From Deltaproteobacteria bacterium (lineage in GTDB: Bacteria; Myxococcota_A; Polyangia; Polyangiales; Houyiibacteriaceae): DNA of 64,000 bases. The notes beneath the pieces were generated by a model. The model saw nothing but the letters and a program-made list of their open reading frames with translations. It did not search any database and was not told where the DNA came from. Of this stretch, positions 52,600-61,199 are shown piece by piece (position 1 is the first letter of the stretch; each line of letters begins with the position of its first letter). The stretch spans positions 32,001 through 96,000 of the forward strand of contig JAXMNT010000016.1 in the NCBI GenBank assembly GCA_034670305.1, read 5' to 3'. The position numbers and the translations under genes are program-made.

Positions 52600-52680
52600 A
52601 ATCATACGATTCATGAATCATGTTACACGAATCATGCATCACAAAGCCTGAATGTCAACGCATGAAAACAGATTCATGCA
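52600..52680. promoter_or_regulatory. AT-rich operator array (CATGAA-N6-TTCATG type)
   Basis: Perfect GCATGAA-AACAGA-TTCATGC (52660-52679), palindrome GATTCATGAATC (52608-52619), and GAATCATG repeated 14 bp apart. Confidence 0.75.
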
Positions 52681-52691
52681 TTACGGTCGCC

Positions 52692-53180
52692 CTACTTCTT
52701 GAAGCCACCGCCCTTGCCACCGTCGTACGGCGCACCTTTGCCGCCCATCGGTGCGCCCTTGCCGCCCATCGGTGCGCCCTTTTGCATCGGTGCCACGCCC
52801 TTGCCGCCCATCGGCGCGCCCTTTTGCATCGGTGCCACGCCCTTGCCGCCCATCGGCGCGCCTTTCTGCATCGGCGCCACGCCCTTGCCGCCGATCTTGC
52901 CGGGCATGCCCTGGGCCTTGCCCGGCATCTTCACCGGCACGTGTCCCGCCTTCGGCACCACCGGTCCGACCGGGCCGCCCAGCATCTTCTCGGCCGGGAG
53001 TCCCGCCGGCGCGCCGAACCCACCCTGCATCTGTTGCTGCTGCTGTGCATCGAGCGGCACGTTCATCTGCCGGAGCACGTCCATCACGACGTCGGCCGCG
53101 TAGGTGGCCTGGGTTTGATCGACGCCCTGCATGCGCTGCATGAAGGCTTGGATGAGTGCGTTGCGAACCTGGTGAAACAT
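52692..53180 (-). CDS. Gln-rich / Gly-Lys-Pro-Met repeat low-complexity protein
   Basis: Strong RBS AAGGAGG; GC3-biased codons; (KGVAPMQKGAPMGG)x3 encoded by 42-bp repeats with synonymous variation. Confidence 0.8.
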   Translation of the reverse strand: MFHQVRNALIQAFMQRMQGVDQTQATYAADVVMDVLRQMNVPLDAQQQQQMQGGFGAPAGLPAEKMLGGPVGPVVPKAGHVPVKMPGKAQGMPGKIGGKGVAPMQKGAPMGGKGVAPMQKGAPMGGKGVAPMQKGAPMGGKGAPMGGKGAPYDGGKGGGFKK

Positions 53181-53232
53181 CGTCCCTCCTTGTGGGAGCG
53201 AGGATGCTACCAGAACTCAACCGGTCGCCGAC

Positions 53233-53305
53233 GGCGGCACCGGCTCGGCTTCGGCGTCGGCTTCGGCTTCTGCGTCGGCTTCGGCTTCGGCGTCGGCTTC
53301 GGCTC
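53233..53305. repeat. Short hexamer array (GGCTTC/GGCGTC)n
   Basis: Seen directly, intergenic. Confidence 0.85.
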
Positions 53306-53329
53306 GCGCCGCGACACCAGGGGACATCT

Positions 53330-56300
53330 CTACTCGGCGGGTGCGTCCGCCATCACGTCCGTCGTGGCACTCCGCCGGAATCGCTTCCCGAACCGGCGCG
53401 CGTCTTCCACCAGTCCGTACAGGACCGGCACCATCACCAAGGTCAGCACCGTCGCGACCGCCAACCCAGCGATCACGGCAACCGCCATCGGACCCCACCA
53501 CGCCGCGCTCTGGCTGCCGACGATGAGCGAAAAGTTCCGGAAGTCGATCGAGACGCCCACCGCCATCGGCACGAGGCCGAGCACGGTCGTGATGGCGGTC
53601 AGGACCACGGGCCGAAAACGCGTCATGCCGGCGTTGAGCAGCGCGTCTTCGACGGACATGTCTTTCGCGCGCAGCTGCTGCACGTAGTCGAGCAGCACGA
53701 TGGCGTTGTTCACCACGATGCCCGCCAGGGAGATCACCCCCAATCCGGTCATCATGATGCCGAAGGGCGTTCCGGTGATCACCAGCCCCCAGAGCACACC
53801 CACGAGCGACAAGATGACCGACGCCATCACGATCAGCGGCACCATGAAGCTGTTGAACTGGTAGACGAGCACGCCGAAGATCAGCGCGAGCGCGATCAAG
53901 AACGCCTGCCCGAGGAACGCACCGGTCTCGGCCTGTTCGTCGTTGCTGCCGCCAAGCTCCAGGTGGTAGCCCGCAGGCAACTCCGCCTCGTCGATGTAAG
54001 CGAGCACGGCCTCCTGCACCGCGACCGCGTTGTACCCGTCGATCACGTCGCCGGTGATGCTCACCACCAGGTCCTGATCGATGTGGTGGATGGCGCCCGC
54101 GCCGCCGACGAGTTCGTACGACGCGACGGTGGACAGCGGCACCGGGAACGTGTCTGGGCTCGTGTCTTCGCGGCCGTCGATGCGCAGGCCGAGCACCGCC
54201 TGGAGATCTTCTCGGAACTCCGGCGCGAGCTCGACCACGATGTCGTGTTCTTCTTCGCCGTCGCGCAGCGTGCTGGCTTTGGTCCCCGCGACCGCGGTGC
54301 GTACGGTGCTGGCGACGGCGCGGGTGCTGGCCCCGACGCGTTTGGCCGCGCCGCGATCGATCCGAAGCCGCATCTCGGGTCGGCCGACGCGGTAGTCGTC
54401 GCTCATGTCGGTCGCGCCCGGGAGCGCGCCGAGCTCGCGCCGAACACGAGCGGAGAGTTCTCCGAGCGTTCGAAAATCTTCCCCGCTCACCCGCACGTCG
54501 ATCGGTTTGCCGACCGGCGGACCCATGTTCTCTTTCTCGATCCGGATCTCCGCGCCGGGGATCGCCGCGACCAGTTCCCGCAGGCGTTCGATGGTGCGGG
54601 TGGTCGGCTCCACGCGGACCCGCTGGCCCGGACGCGCGGTGTTCGCGTCCGGCAGAAAGTCCACCGTCACCCGCGCGGCGTTCGGCGCGCTCTGAGAGCC
54701 CTGCGTCGGGTCCTGGCCGCCCGAGACGCCGACCTCTGCGACGAACACATCCACGTTCTCTTGCGCGGCGAGCAAGTGTTCGATCTCGCGCACGATGTGA
54801 TCGGTGGTTTCGAGATCGGTGCCGAGCGGTGCGCGGACCGCGATGAAGGCGCGGTTCGGTTCGGTCTCCGGAAAGAACTCGACTCCGTGCTGGAGCGCCC
54901 CGTACGCCATGAACGTGCCGACCAGGGATGCGAAGCCGATGCCGGCCGCGATCTTCCGGTGGCGGATCGACCAGGTGAGGATGGCGCGGTAGCGGCGCAT
55001 GACGAAGCCGAGCTCGGCCTCCGGTGCGAAACTGACCCGGCGCTCCCGGTACGGGCCATCGCCTTCACCCTCCCCGTCCTCTGCCGGCGCGGACCCGTCG
55101 GGCCGCACGTCCTGGTCTGCGGCCGTCTTCTTCGCCGGCTTCATGAGCCGCGAGGTGAAGAAGGGGATCGCCCACAGCGCCACCGCCAACGAACAGACCA
55201 AGACGATCACGATCGTCTTCGGCATGTAGCCCATGAACTGGCCCATCATGCCGGTCCAAAAGAGCAGCGGTGCGAACGCCGCCACCGTGGTCGCGGTCGA
55301 TGCCGCGACGGCGGCCGCCACTTCTTTGGTGCCTTCGATCGCAGCGGTCTTCCGGTCGGACCCGAGCTCGAGGTGGCGGTAGATGTTCTCGACGATGACG
55401 ATCGCGTTGTCGACCAACATGCCGAGCGCCATGATCAGCGCGAAGAGCACGATCATGTTGAGCGTCATACCCAGCGTTCCGATCACGATGAACGCCAGCA
55501 ACATCGAGAGTGGGATCGCGAGCGCGACGAAGAAGCTGTTCCGGAAGCCCATGAAGAACAGCAGCACGCCGATGACGAGAATGAGTCCGGTGATGATCCC
55601 GTTCTCGAGCTCGCCGATCATGTCGTAGACCATCTTCGATTGGTCGGCGAGGGTCTCGTACTCGACGCCCTCCGGCCACGAGGCGTGCCGTTCGGCGACG
55701 AGCGCCTTCACCGCCTCGGCGATGTCCACGATGTTCGCGCCGCTGCGTTTCGAGATCGCGAGCGAGACCGCGGTCTCCCCGTTCATGCGCGCGTAGCTGG
55801 TCCGGGTGGCGAAGCCGTCGACCACCCGGCCGACGTCGCGCACGAACACGGGGCGATCGCCCACGCGTTTGATCGCAACGCCTTCGATGTCGCTCGGGAC
55901 CCCGAACTCGCCCGGCACCCGAAGCAAGAAGTTCGAGTCGCCGCTGCGCACGTCGCCGCCCGGCACGTTCACGTTCTCGTCCGCGATGGCGCCGATCACG
56001 TCGTTGAGCGAGAGGCCGTAGTGTTGCAGCCGGTACGGATCGATCTGGACCTGGATCTCGCGCTCTCGGCCACCGCTCAGCACCGCGTCGAGCACGCCTG
56101 GAATGCGACGCACCTCGTCTTCGAGCGACTCGCCGATCGCCTTGAGTTCGGTCTCGTCGATCGGACCACCGATCGTCACCAGCAGGATCGGGAGATCGCT
56201 GAAGTTGATCTCTCCGATCTCCGTCTCTTCGGCGTCCTCGGGCAGTTTGGGGCGCGCCCTGCCGACCCGATCGCGCACGCGCTGGAGCGCATCTTGGATG

Positions 56301-56593
56301 TCGACCTCGGCTTCGAACTCGAGGACGACCATGCTCATGCCCTCGTAGGAGGTGCTGGTCATCTTCTTGAGATCTTTGACGCCGGCAAGCTCGTTCTCGA
56401 TCGGGATGGTGACGAGCGACTCGATGTCCTGAGGCGAGACGCCGATGTACGGCGTGGCCACGGTGACCATCGGGATCTGCACGTCGGGGTTCGCTTCCCG
56501 GGGCAGGTCGAAGTACGTCAGCAGACCGAACGCGATTGTGCAGAACGTGCCGAAGAGCACGAGCGCGCCTCGGTTGACGATCCAGCCAATCAC
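53330..56593 (-). CDS. RND efflux permease (AcrB family)
   Basis: LPREANP, GMLVDNAIVIVEN, GIVVNNAIVL, RFRPVVLTAITT; 12-TM pattern. Confidence 0.95.
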   Translation of the reverse strand: MIGWIVNRGALVLFGTFCTIAFGLLTYFDLPREANPDVQIPMVTVATPYIGVSPQDIESLVTIPIENELAGVKDLKKMTSTSYEGMSMVVLEFEAEVDIQDALQRVRDRVGRARPKLPEDAEETEIGEINFSDLPILLVTIGGPIDETELKAIGESLEDEVRRIPGVLDAVLSGGREREIQVQIDPYRLQHYGLSLNDVIGAIADENVNVPGGDVRSGDSNFLLRVPGEFGVPSDIEGVAIKRVGDRPVFVRDVGRVVDGFATRTSYARMNGETAVSLAISKRSGANIVDIAEAVKALVAERHASWPEGVEYETLADQSKMVYDMIGELENGIITGLILVIGVLLFFMGFRNSFFVALAIPLSMLLAFIVIGTLGMTLNMIVLFALIMALGMLVDNAIVIVENIYRHLELGSDRKTAAIEGTKEVAAAVAASTATTVAAFAPLLFWTGMMGQFMGYMPKTIVIVLVCSLAVALWAIPFFTSRLMKPAKKTAADQDVRPDGSAPAEDGEGEGDGPYRERRVSFAPEAELGFVMRRYRAILTWSIRHRKIAAGIGFASLVGTFMAYGALQHGVEFFPETEPNRAFIAVRAPLGTDLETTDHIVREIEHLLAAQENVDVFVAEVGVSGGQDPTQGSQSAPNAARVTVDFLPDANTARPGQRVRVEPTTRTIERLRELVAAIPGAEIRIEKENMGPPVGKPIDVRVSGEDFRTLGELSARVRRELGALPGATDMSDDYRVGRPEMRLRIDRGAAKRVGASTRAVASTVRTAVAGTKASTLRDGEEEHDIVVELAPEFREDLQAVLGLRIDGREDTSPDTFPVPLSTVASYELVGGAGAIHHIDQDLVVSITGDVIDGYNAVAVQEAVLAYIDEAELPAGYHLELGGSNDEQAETGAFLGQAFLIALALIFGVLVYQFNSFMVPLIVMASVILSLVGVLWGLVITGTPFGIMMTGLGVISLAGIVVNNAIVLLDYVQQLRAKDMSVEDALLNAGMTRFRPVVLTAITTVLGLVPMAVGVSIDFRNFSLIVGSQSAAWWGPMAVAVIAGLAVATVLTLVMVPVLYGLVEDARRFGKRFRRSATTDVMADAPAE

Positions 56594-57822
56594 TCTGCGA
56601 CCTCAGCGGCCGGCGCCGGGGCGGGCGCTTGGGCGACCTCACCTGGCGCGGTGTAGACCACCCGGCCTGCCGTGCAGCAGCGGCCGCGGCGCGCGACCAA
56701 GAGCGCGTCGCCGTCCTGGAGCTCGCGGTGCCCAGTGACCACGATCTCGGTGCCCGCTTCGAGTCCCGAAGCGATCACCACTTGGTCCCGCACCACCGAG
56801 CCGACTTCCACCGGCTGCCAGCGGGCCACATCGTTGTCGATCCGGAACACGCCGTTGCCGTCGACCCGCGTGACCAGCATGTACTGGGGGATCACCACTT
56901 GCTGCTCGCCGGCGTCCGTCTCGATCTCGACGTTGGCGATCATGCCGGGAAGCAACCGCCGGTTCGCGTTCGCGACTTCGATCTCGACTTCGAACGCGCG
57001 GGTCTCGACCCGCGCGGCCGGGCTGATGCGCCGCACGTGTCCGGCGACCGCTTCGCCGAGTGCGGGCGCGCGAACCACGGCCGGCAGCCCGGGCCGAAGT
57101 GCGACCACGTCTCGGTCGGGCACCGCGAGGGTGACGAGCACCGGGTCGAGCTGGATGAGCCGTGCGAGCGGCTGGCCGGGGGCCATCACCTCGCCGCGCT
57201 CGACATTCAGGGTGGCGATGGTGCCGGCGAACGGCGCGCGCACCGTGGCACGGCCGGCCATCACCTGGGCGGTCCGCACAGCGGCGCGCGCTGCGGCCAC
57301 CCGAGTGCGCGCCGCGTCGATCGACTGTTCCGAGATCGAACCAACGAGCCGCTCGGCGCGCTCCAGTTCGTGCTGTGCGGCGTCGAGTTCCACCCGCATC
57401 TGACCGAGCCGCGCGCCCTGAGTCGCGGAGTCGACCCGCGCGATGACCTGGTTCGCCCGGACGTCCTCGCCCTCTTCGACCAAGACCGCTTCGACGAACC
57501 CGCCGAGCGACGCTGCGAGCAGTGCGTCGCGCGAGCCGGCGACTTCGCCCGGCAAGACGACGCGCAGGGCCGTTGCGCTGGCCGAGACCACCGCGGCTTC
57601 GACCCGCGTGGCCCCCGGCGCCGGCGGCTCCGCCTGGACCCTGGGTTCCTCGGTGGGTTCGGCCTCAGCGCTGCCTCCGCACGCGAGAAGACAGCAACCC
57701 AAAAGCGCGATGTTGGGCCAACGGAACGCGAGCGCCCCAAGCGGGAGCCCTCCGTTCGGAACCCGCGAAGCCGTGGTCGCCCCCCCGAGCGATCGTGCGA
57801 CAATTGAAATGAGGGACATCAT
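56590..57822 (-). CDS. RND periplasmic adaptor (MFP)
   Basis: Lipobox LLAC, VEEGEDV, VRAPFAG, TRAFEVEI, LLPGM. The start overlaps the TetR stop; the true start may be internal. Confidence 0.9.
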   Translation of the reverse strand: MMSLISIVARSLGGATTASRVPNGGLPLGALAFRWPNIALLGCCLLACGGSAEAEPTEEPRVQAEPPAPGATRVEAAVVSASATALRVVLPGEVAGSRDALLAASLGGFVEAVLVEEGEDVRANQVIARVDSATQGARLGQMRVELDAAQHELERAERLVGSISEQSIDAARTRVAAARAAVRTAQVMAGRATVRAPFAGTIATLNVERGEVMAPGQPLARLIQLDPVLVTLAVPDRDVVALRPGLPAVVRAPALGEAVAGHVRRISPAARVETRAFEVEIEVANANRRLLPGMIANVEIETDAGEQQVVIPQYMLVTRVDGNGVFRIDNDVARWQPVEVGSVVRDQVVIASGLEAGTEIVVTGHRELQDGDALLVARRGRCCTAGRVVYTAPGEVAQAPAPAPAAEVAE

Positions 57823-58424
57823 CGAGGACTGACTCCGTGAAAGAAGAGGGACAGAAGACGTTCGGGGAGATCGGCCGGTGGCGGGTGGCCGTGCAGCCAA
57901 AGTTGAAGGCGTTGATCGACCATGCCGCTGAGTGCGTATGCGGCATCGACGAGGTCGACGCTTGAAGAGATCTCGCCGCGCGAGACCCCGAGTTGGAGCA
58001 ATGAGCGCATCCGCTCCTGGTGATGGGTCCGAAGGGAGTCGAAGTCGAACTCGGGCTGGTCGGGTTCGGGTCGAAGTTCGGCCCGCATGAGCAGGCTCAT
58101 CCCAGTCGGCGCCGACTCGAGTCGCTCGAAGAACGCACACAACCCGTCGTGCAAGCGATCCCAGGCGCTGACACCGGCCGATGCCTGCTCCGCCATCTCG
58201 AGGATCCGCCCCAGCGCGTCCGTCTCGTGGCGGATCGCCGCGACGAACAACGCTTCTTTGTTTCCGAAGTGGTAGTAGAGCGCCGGTTTGGTACAGCCGG
58301 CCGCCTCCGCGACCTCTCGAACGCTCGTCGCACTCCAGCCCCGCTCGGCGAAAAGCCGGGTGGCTTGGAGAAGAATCCGGTCCCGCGTCGGGGACGGTGC
58401 GGCGCCAGCGGTGAGGGAGGTCAT
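57819..58424 (-). CDS. TetR/AcrR family regulator
   Basis: RILLQATRLFAERG..ATSVREVA.AAGCTKPALYYHFGNKEAL. Confidence 0.95.
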   Translation of the reverse strand: MTSLTAGAAPSPTRDRILLQATRLFAERGWSATSVREVAEAAGCTKPALYYHFGNKEALFVAAIRHETDALGRILEMAEQASAGVSAWDRLHDGLCAFFERLESAPTGMSLLMRAELRPEPDQPEFDFDSLRTHHQERMRSLLQLGVSRGEISSSVDLVDAAYALSGMVDQRLQLWLHGHPPPADLPERLLSLFFHGVSPR

Positions 58425-58427
58425 GCA

Positions 58428-58445
58428 ACTTACCGATCGGTAGGT
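58428..58445. promoter_or_regulatory. Putative TetR operator
   Basis: Palindrome ACTTACCGATCGGTAGGT (perfect core TACCGATCGGTA) immediately upstream of the tetR ATG. Confidence 0.7.
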
Positions 58446-58729
58446 CGGCTACTTTGACACGCAGTGGCGACCTGTCCACGAACGGGTACCGCAGCCCTGA
58501 GACATTCTTGGCTCGCTCGCTTCGCGAGACGGGTGGCGTGTCCGGGCGCGTACGTGAGAACTCTCTGGTGATTCCCCTCACGCTGGGAGCTTGGTGAAAT
58601 CGGCGAATCGTCCTGGTTTCATTGGGATGGGGTCAGTCGAACCCGCCGGCCATCCCAGGTGGCGGCCACACTGGCCGCCGTCCTGTGACACTACGCATGA
58701 TCGTTGGGGTTTGGTTGGCGTACAGGAGT

Positions 58730-58745
58730 CGGCACAGGGGCTGCA
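58730..58745 (+). promoter_or_regulatory. Sigma54-like promoter
   Basis: CGGCACAGGGGCTGCA with GG-N10-GC spacing, about 80 bp upstream of the transglutaminase gene. Confidence 0.55.
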
Positions 58746-58822
58746 TGTAGGACAACGCAGCACATGCCAGCGGGTCCGAGAGACTGCTGGCCAAGGCCCG
58801 GGATGGCCGACGGAGCAAACGG

Positions 58823-60829
58823 ATGACTCGACAGACTTTGGCACTCATGCTCGCCCTCGCCGTTCCGGCGGTTGGATGCAGCACGGCCCCAGCAGACGCG
58901 GACAAAGACGAGGAGAACCTCGGCGACGGCAAAGAGGACCGCTGGAACCGGGCCAACGACCCCGAGCGGTTCGACGGTGAGTTCAACTACCACGTCGCCG
59001 ACCTCCCGCTGACGGGCAGCGCGGACCGCGATGCGTGGCCGAGCACCTACTGGCCGACCTACGAAGACTCCATCAACGTCCGCTGGGACGGAGCCGAGCT
59101 GAGCCCCGCACAGAAGTACGACGTCGCGTTCAATGGCTGGACCCCGCCTGAAGGGTTCTTGGAGCTTCGCCCGTTCAACCGGAACAACCCCGTCCCCGGC
59201 GACGATTGGGACACCGCGTACTACGAGCAGCAGGGCCCGCTCGCGACGCACATCAGCAACAACATGGGCAACGGCCGCGACCGCCGCCAAGCGCTGACCG
59301 CCATGGGCGCGCCCGAGGGCGACTGGGAGACCGACACCTGGTGGGGCCTCTGCCACGCCTGGGTTCCCGCCGCGCTTCTCGAAGACCGGCCGCTCCGCGC
59401 CGTCGAGCACAACGGCGTGCGCTTCGAAGTCGCCGACATGGAGGCCCTTCTCATCGCCGCCTACAACCGCGCCGGCGCGGACATGATCGGCGGACGATGC
59501 AACGTCGGCTCAGGCGACTCGATGGTGGAACGCGACGAGTTCGGCCGCGCGGTCGACATCGAATGCCGGGACAGCAACCCGGGCGCGATGCACGTCATCG
59601 TCACAAACTACCTGGGCGTTCTCAACCGCGGCTTCGCCATCGACCGGACCTTCGACTTCGAGGTCTGGAACCAGCCGGTGAAGGGCTTCGAGATCACCAA
59701 ACAAGAAGAGATCGACGTCGCCCGGGCGAACGAGCTCCTCGGCGTGACGGGCGAGACCTACGAGTACAACGCCGACGCGGCGCAGCTCTTCGAGGTCAAC
59801 CTCTCGCTGCACTGGATCACCGAGTCGCACGCCACGAAGACGCCGAACGAGTCCTCGCGCTACACGCGCACCGACCGCTTGACGTACATCCTCGAGGTGG
59901 ACGCCGACGGCAAGATCATCGGCGGCGAGTGGTTCGGTCGCAGCCGCTCACAACACCCCGACTTCCTCTGGAACCCGCGCTCGCGCTCGACCTCGTCGAT
60001 CCCGAACATGGACCTCGCAGACGTGCGCATGCTCGTCGAGCGCAGCCGCATGCCCGAGATGCCCGACCCCGAGACCGGCGCGACGCATGTCGCCGAAGGC
60101 GCGGGTGGACTCGACATCCCGGACAACGACACGACCGGCGTGACCAGCACGGCCACCGTCTCCGGCGCGAGCGGCGCCATCACCGGCGTGAGCGTGGCGC
60201 TGAACGTCACCCACACGTACATCGGCGACCTGGCCTTCACGCTCGTGAAGGGCGACGTCGAGCGCACGTTCCTCAACCAAGAGGGCGGCAGCGACGACGA
60301 CATCGATCAGTCGTACGACGTGACCGGCTTCGAAGGCCTGGACGCGAACGGTACCTGGACCCTCCGCGCGACGGACCACGCGGGCCAGGATGTCGGCACC
60401 CTCGACGGCTGGACGCTCACGGTCACCACCGACTCGGCCACCATGCCGGTCGACCCGACGCCCGACCCCATGGAACCAGTGAAGTTCTCCGGCATGGGCG
60501 GCATCGAGATTCCGGACAACGACCCGGCGGGCATCTCGTCGGCGGCCAGCGTCTCCGGCATCACGAGCGGCAGCGTGGCGATCGAGTACAACCTCACGCA
60601 CACCTACCGCGGCGACCTCCTCGTCACCGTGGAGCACAACGGCCGCGCCTGGACGCTCCACGACCAGGAGGGCGGCAGCGCCGAAGACCTCGTCGGCACC
60701 TCCCCGCTCGACGCCACCGGCGACGCCTTCGAGGGCGACCCGTCCGGCACCTGGACCCTGCGCGTCAGCGACAACGCGGGCGCCGACGTCGGCACCCTCA
60801 ACAGCTGGGCGGTCATCGTCACGCCGTAG
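58823..60829 (+). CDS. Lipoprotein: transglutaminase-elicitor-family domain plus two proprotein convertase P-domains
   Basis: Lipobox AVGC; WPSTYWP, SPAQKYD, WWGLCHAW, NPGAMH, EVWNQPV, YILE.D..G.IIGGEW, HPDFLW; two IPDN...HTY.GDL...GTW.L...D.GTL..W domains. Confidence 0.85.
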   Translation: MTRQTLALMLALAVPAVGCSTAPADADKDEENLGDGKEDRWNRANDPERFDGEFNYHVADLPLTGSADRDAWPSTYWPTYEDSINVRWDGAELSPAQKYDVAFNGWTPPEGFLELRPFNRNNPVPGDDWDTAYYEQQGPLATHISNNMGNGRDRRQALTAMGAPEGDWETDTWWGLCHAWVPAALLEDRPLRAVEHNGVRFEVADMEALLIAAYNRAGADMIGGRCNVGSGDSMVERDEFGRAVDIECRDSNPGAMHVIVTNYLGVLNRGFAIDRTFDFEVWNQPVKGFEITKQEEIDVARANELLGVTGETYEYNADAAQLFEVNLSLHWITESHATKTPNESSRYTRTDRLTYILEVDADGKIIGGEWFGRSRSQHPDFLWNPRSRSTSSIPNMDLADVRMLVERSRMPEMPDPETGATHVAEGAGGLDIPDNDTTGVTSTATVSGASGAITGVSVALNVTHTYIGDLAFTLVKGDVERTFLNQEGGSDDDIDQSYDVTGFEGLDANGTWTLRATDHAGQDVGTLDGWTLTVTTDSATMPVDPTPDPMEPVKFSGMGGIEIPDNDPAGISSAASVSGITSGSVAIEYNLTHTYRGDLLVTVEHNGRAWTLHDQEGGSAEDLVGTSPLDATGDAFEGDPSGTWTLRVSDNAGADVGTLNSWAVIVTP

Positions 60830-60915
60830 TTTTCCTCTCAAGACCTGGTCGCCAACCACACACACCACGGTGGGCGGGTCCGAGAGAGCTTGTCTTAACA
60901 CACATCCACACACCC

Positions 60916-60946
60916 GAAGCCGCCCCCCCTGGGCGGCTTCACTAAT
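60916..60946 (+). terminator. Hairpin terminator
   Basis: GAAGCCGCCC-CCCCT-GGGCGGCTTC perfect 10-bp stem followed by an AT-rich stretch. Confidence 0.65.
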
Positions 60947-60983
60947 TGTACGGCACTACCGGGCTCGAGACTGGTGGCCCCCT

Positions 60984-61157
60984 CCGATTTCGGATTTCGG
61001 ATTTCGGCGTCGGCTTCGGCGTCGGCTTCGGATTCGGCGATCGGCTTCGGCTTCGGCTCCGGCTTCGGCTTCGGCGTCGGCGTCGGCCTCGGCATCGGCT
61101 TCGGCTTCCGCTTCCGCTTCCGCTTCCGCTTCCGTTCCGCTTCCGCTTCCCGCTTCC
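60984..61157. repeat. Hexamer array (GGCTTC/CGCTTC)n
   Basis: Seen directly upstream of tyrS. Confidence 0.9.
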
Positions 61158-61199
61158 GTCCGCGTGCACTCACTCCGCTTGCCCGCATACTGGCGGCCG

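Noticed and set aside
60950-61199. T-box leader upstream of tyrS
   Set aside because: No T-box consensus (AAGGTGGNACC) and the region is occupied by simple repeats.
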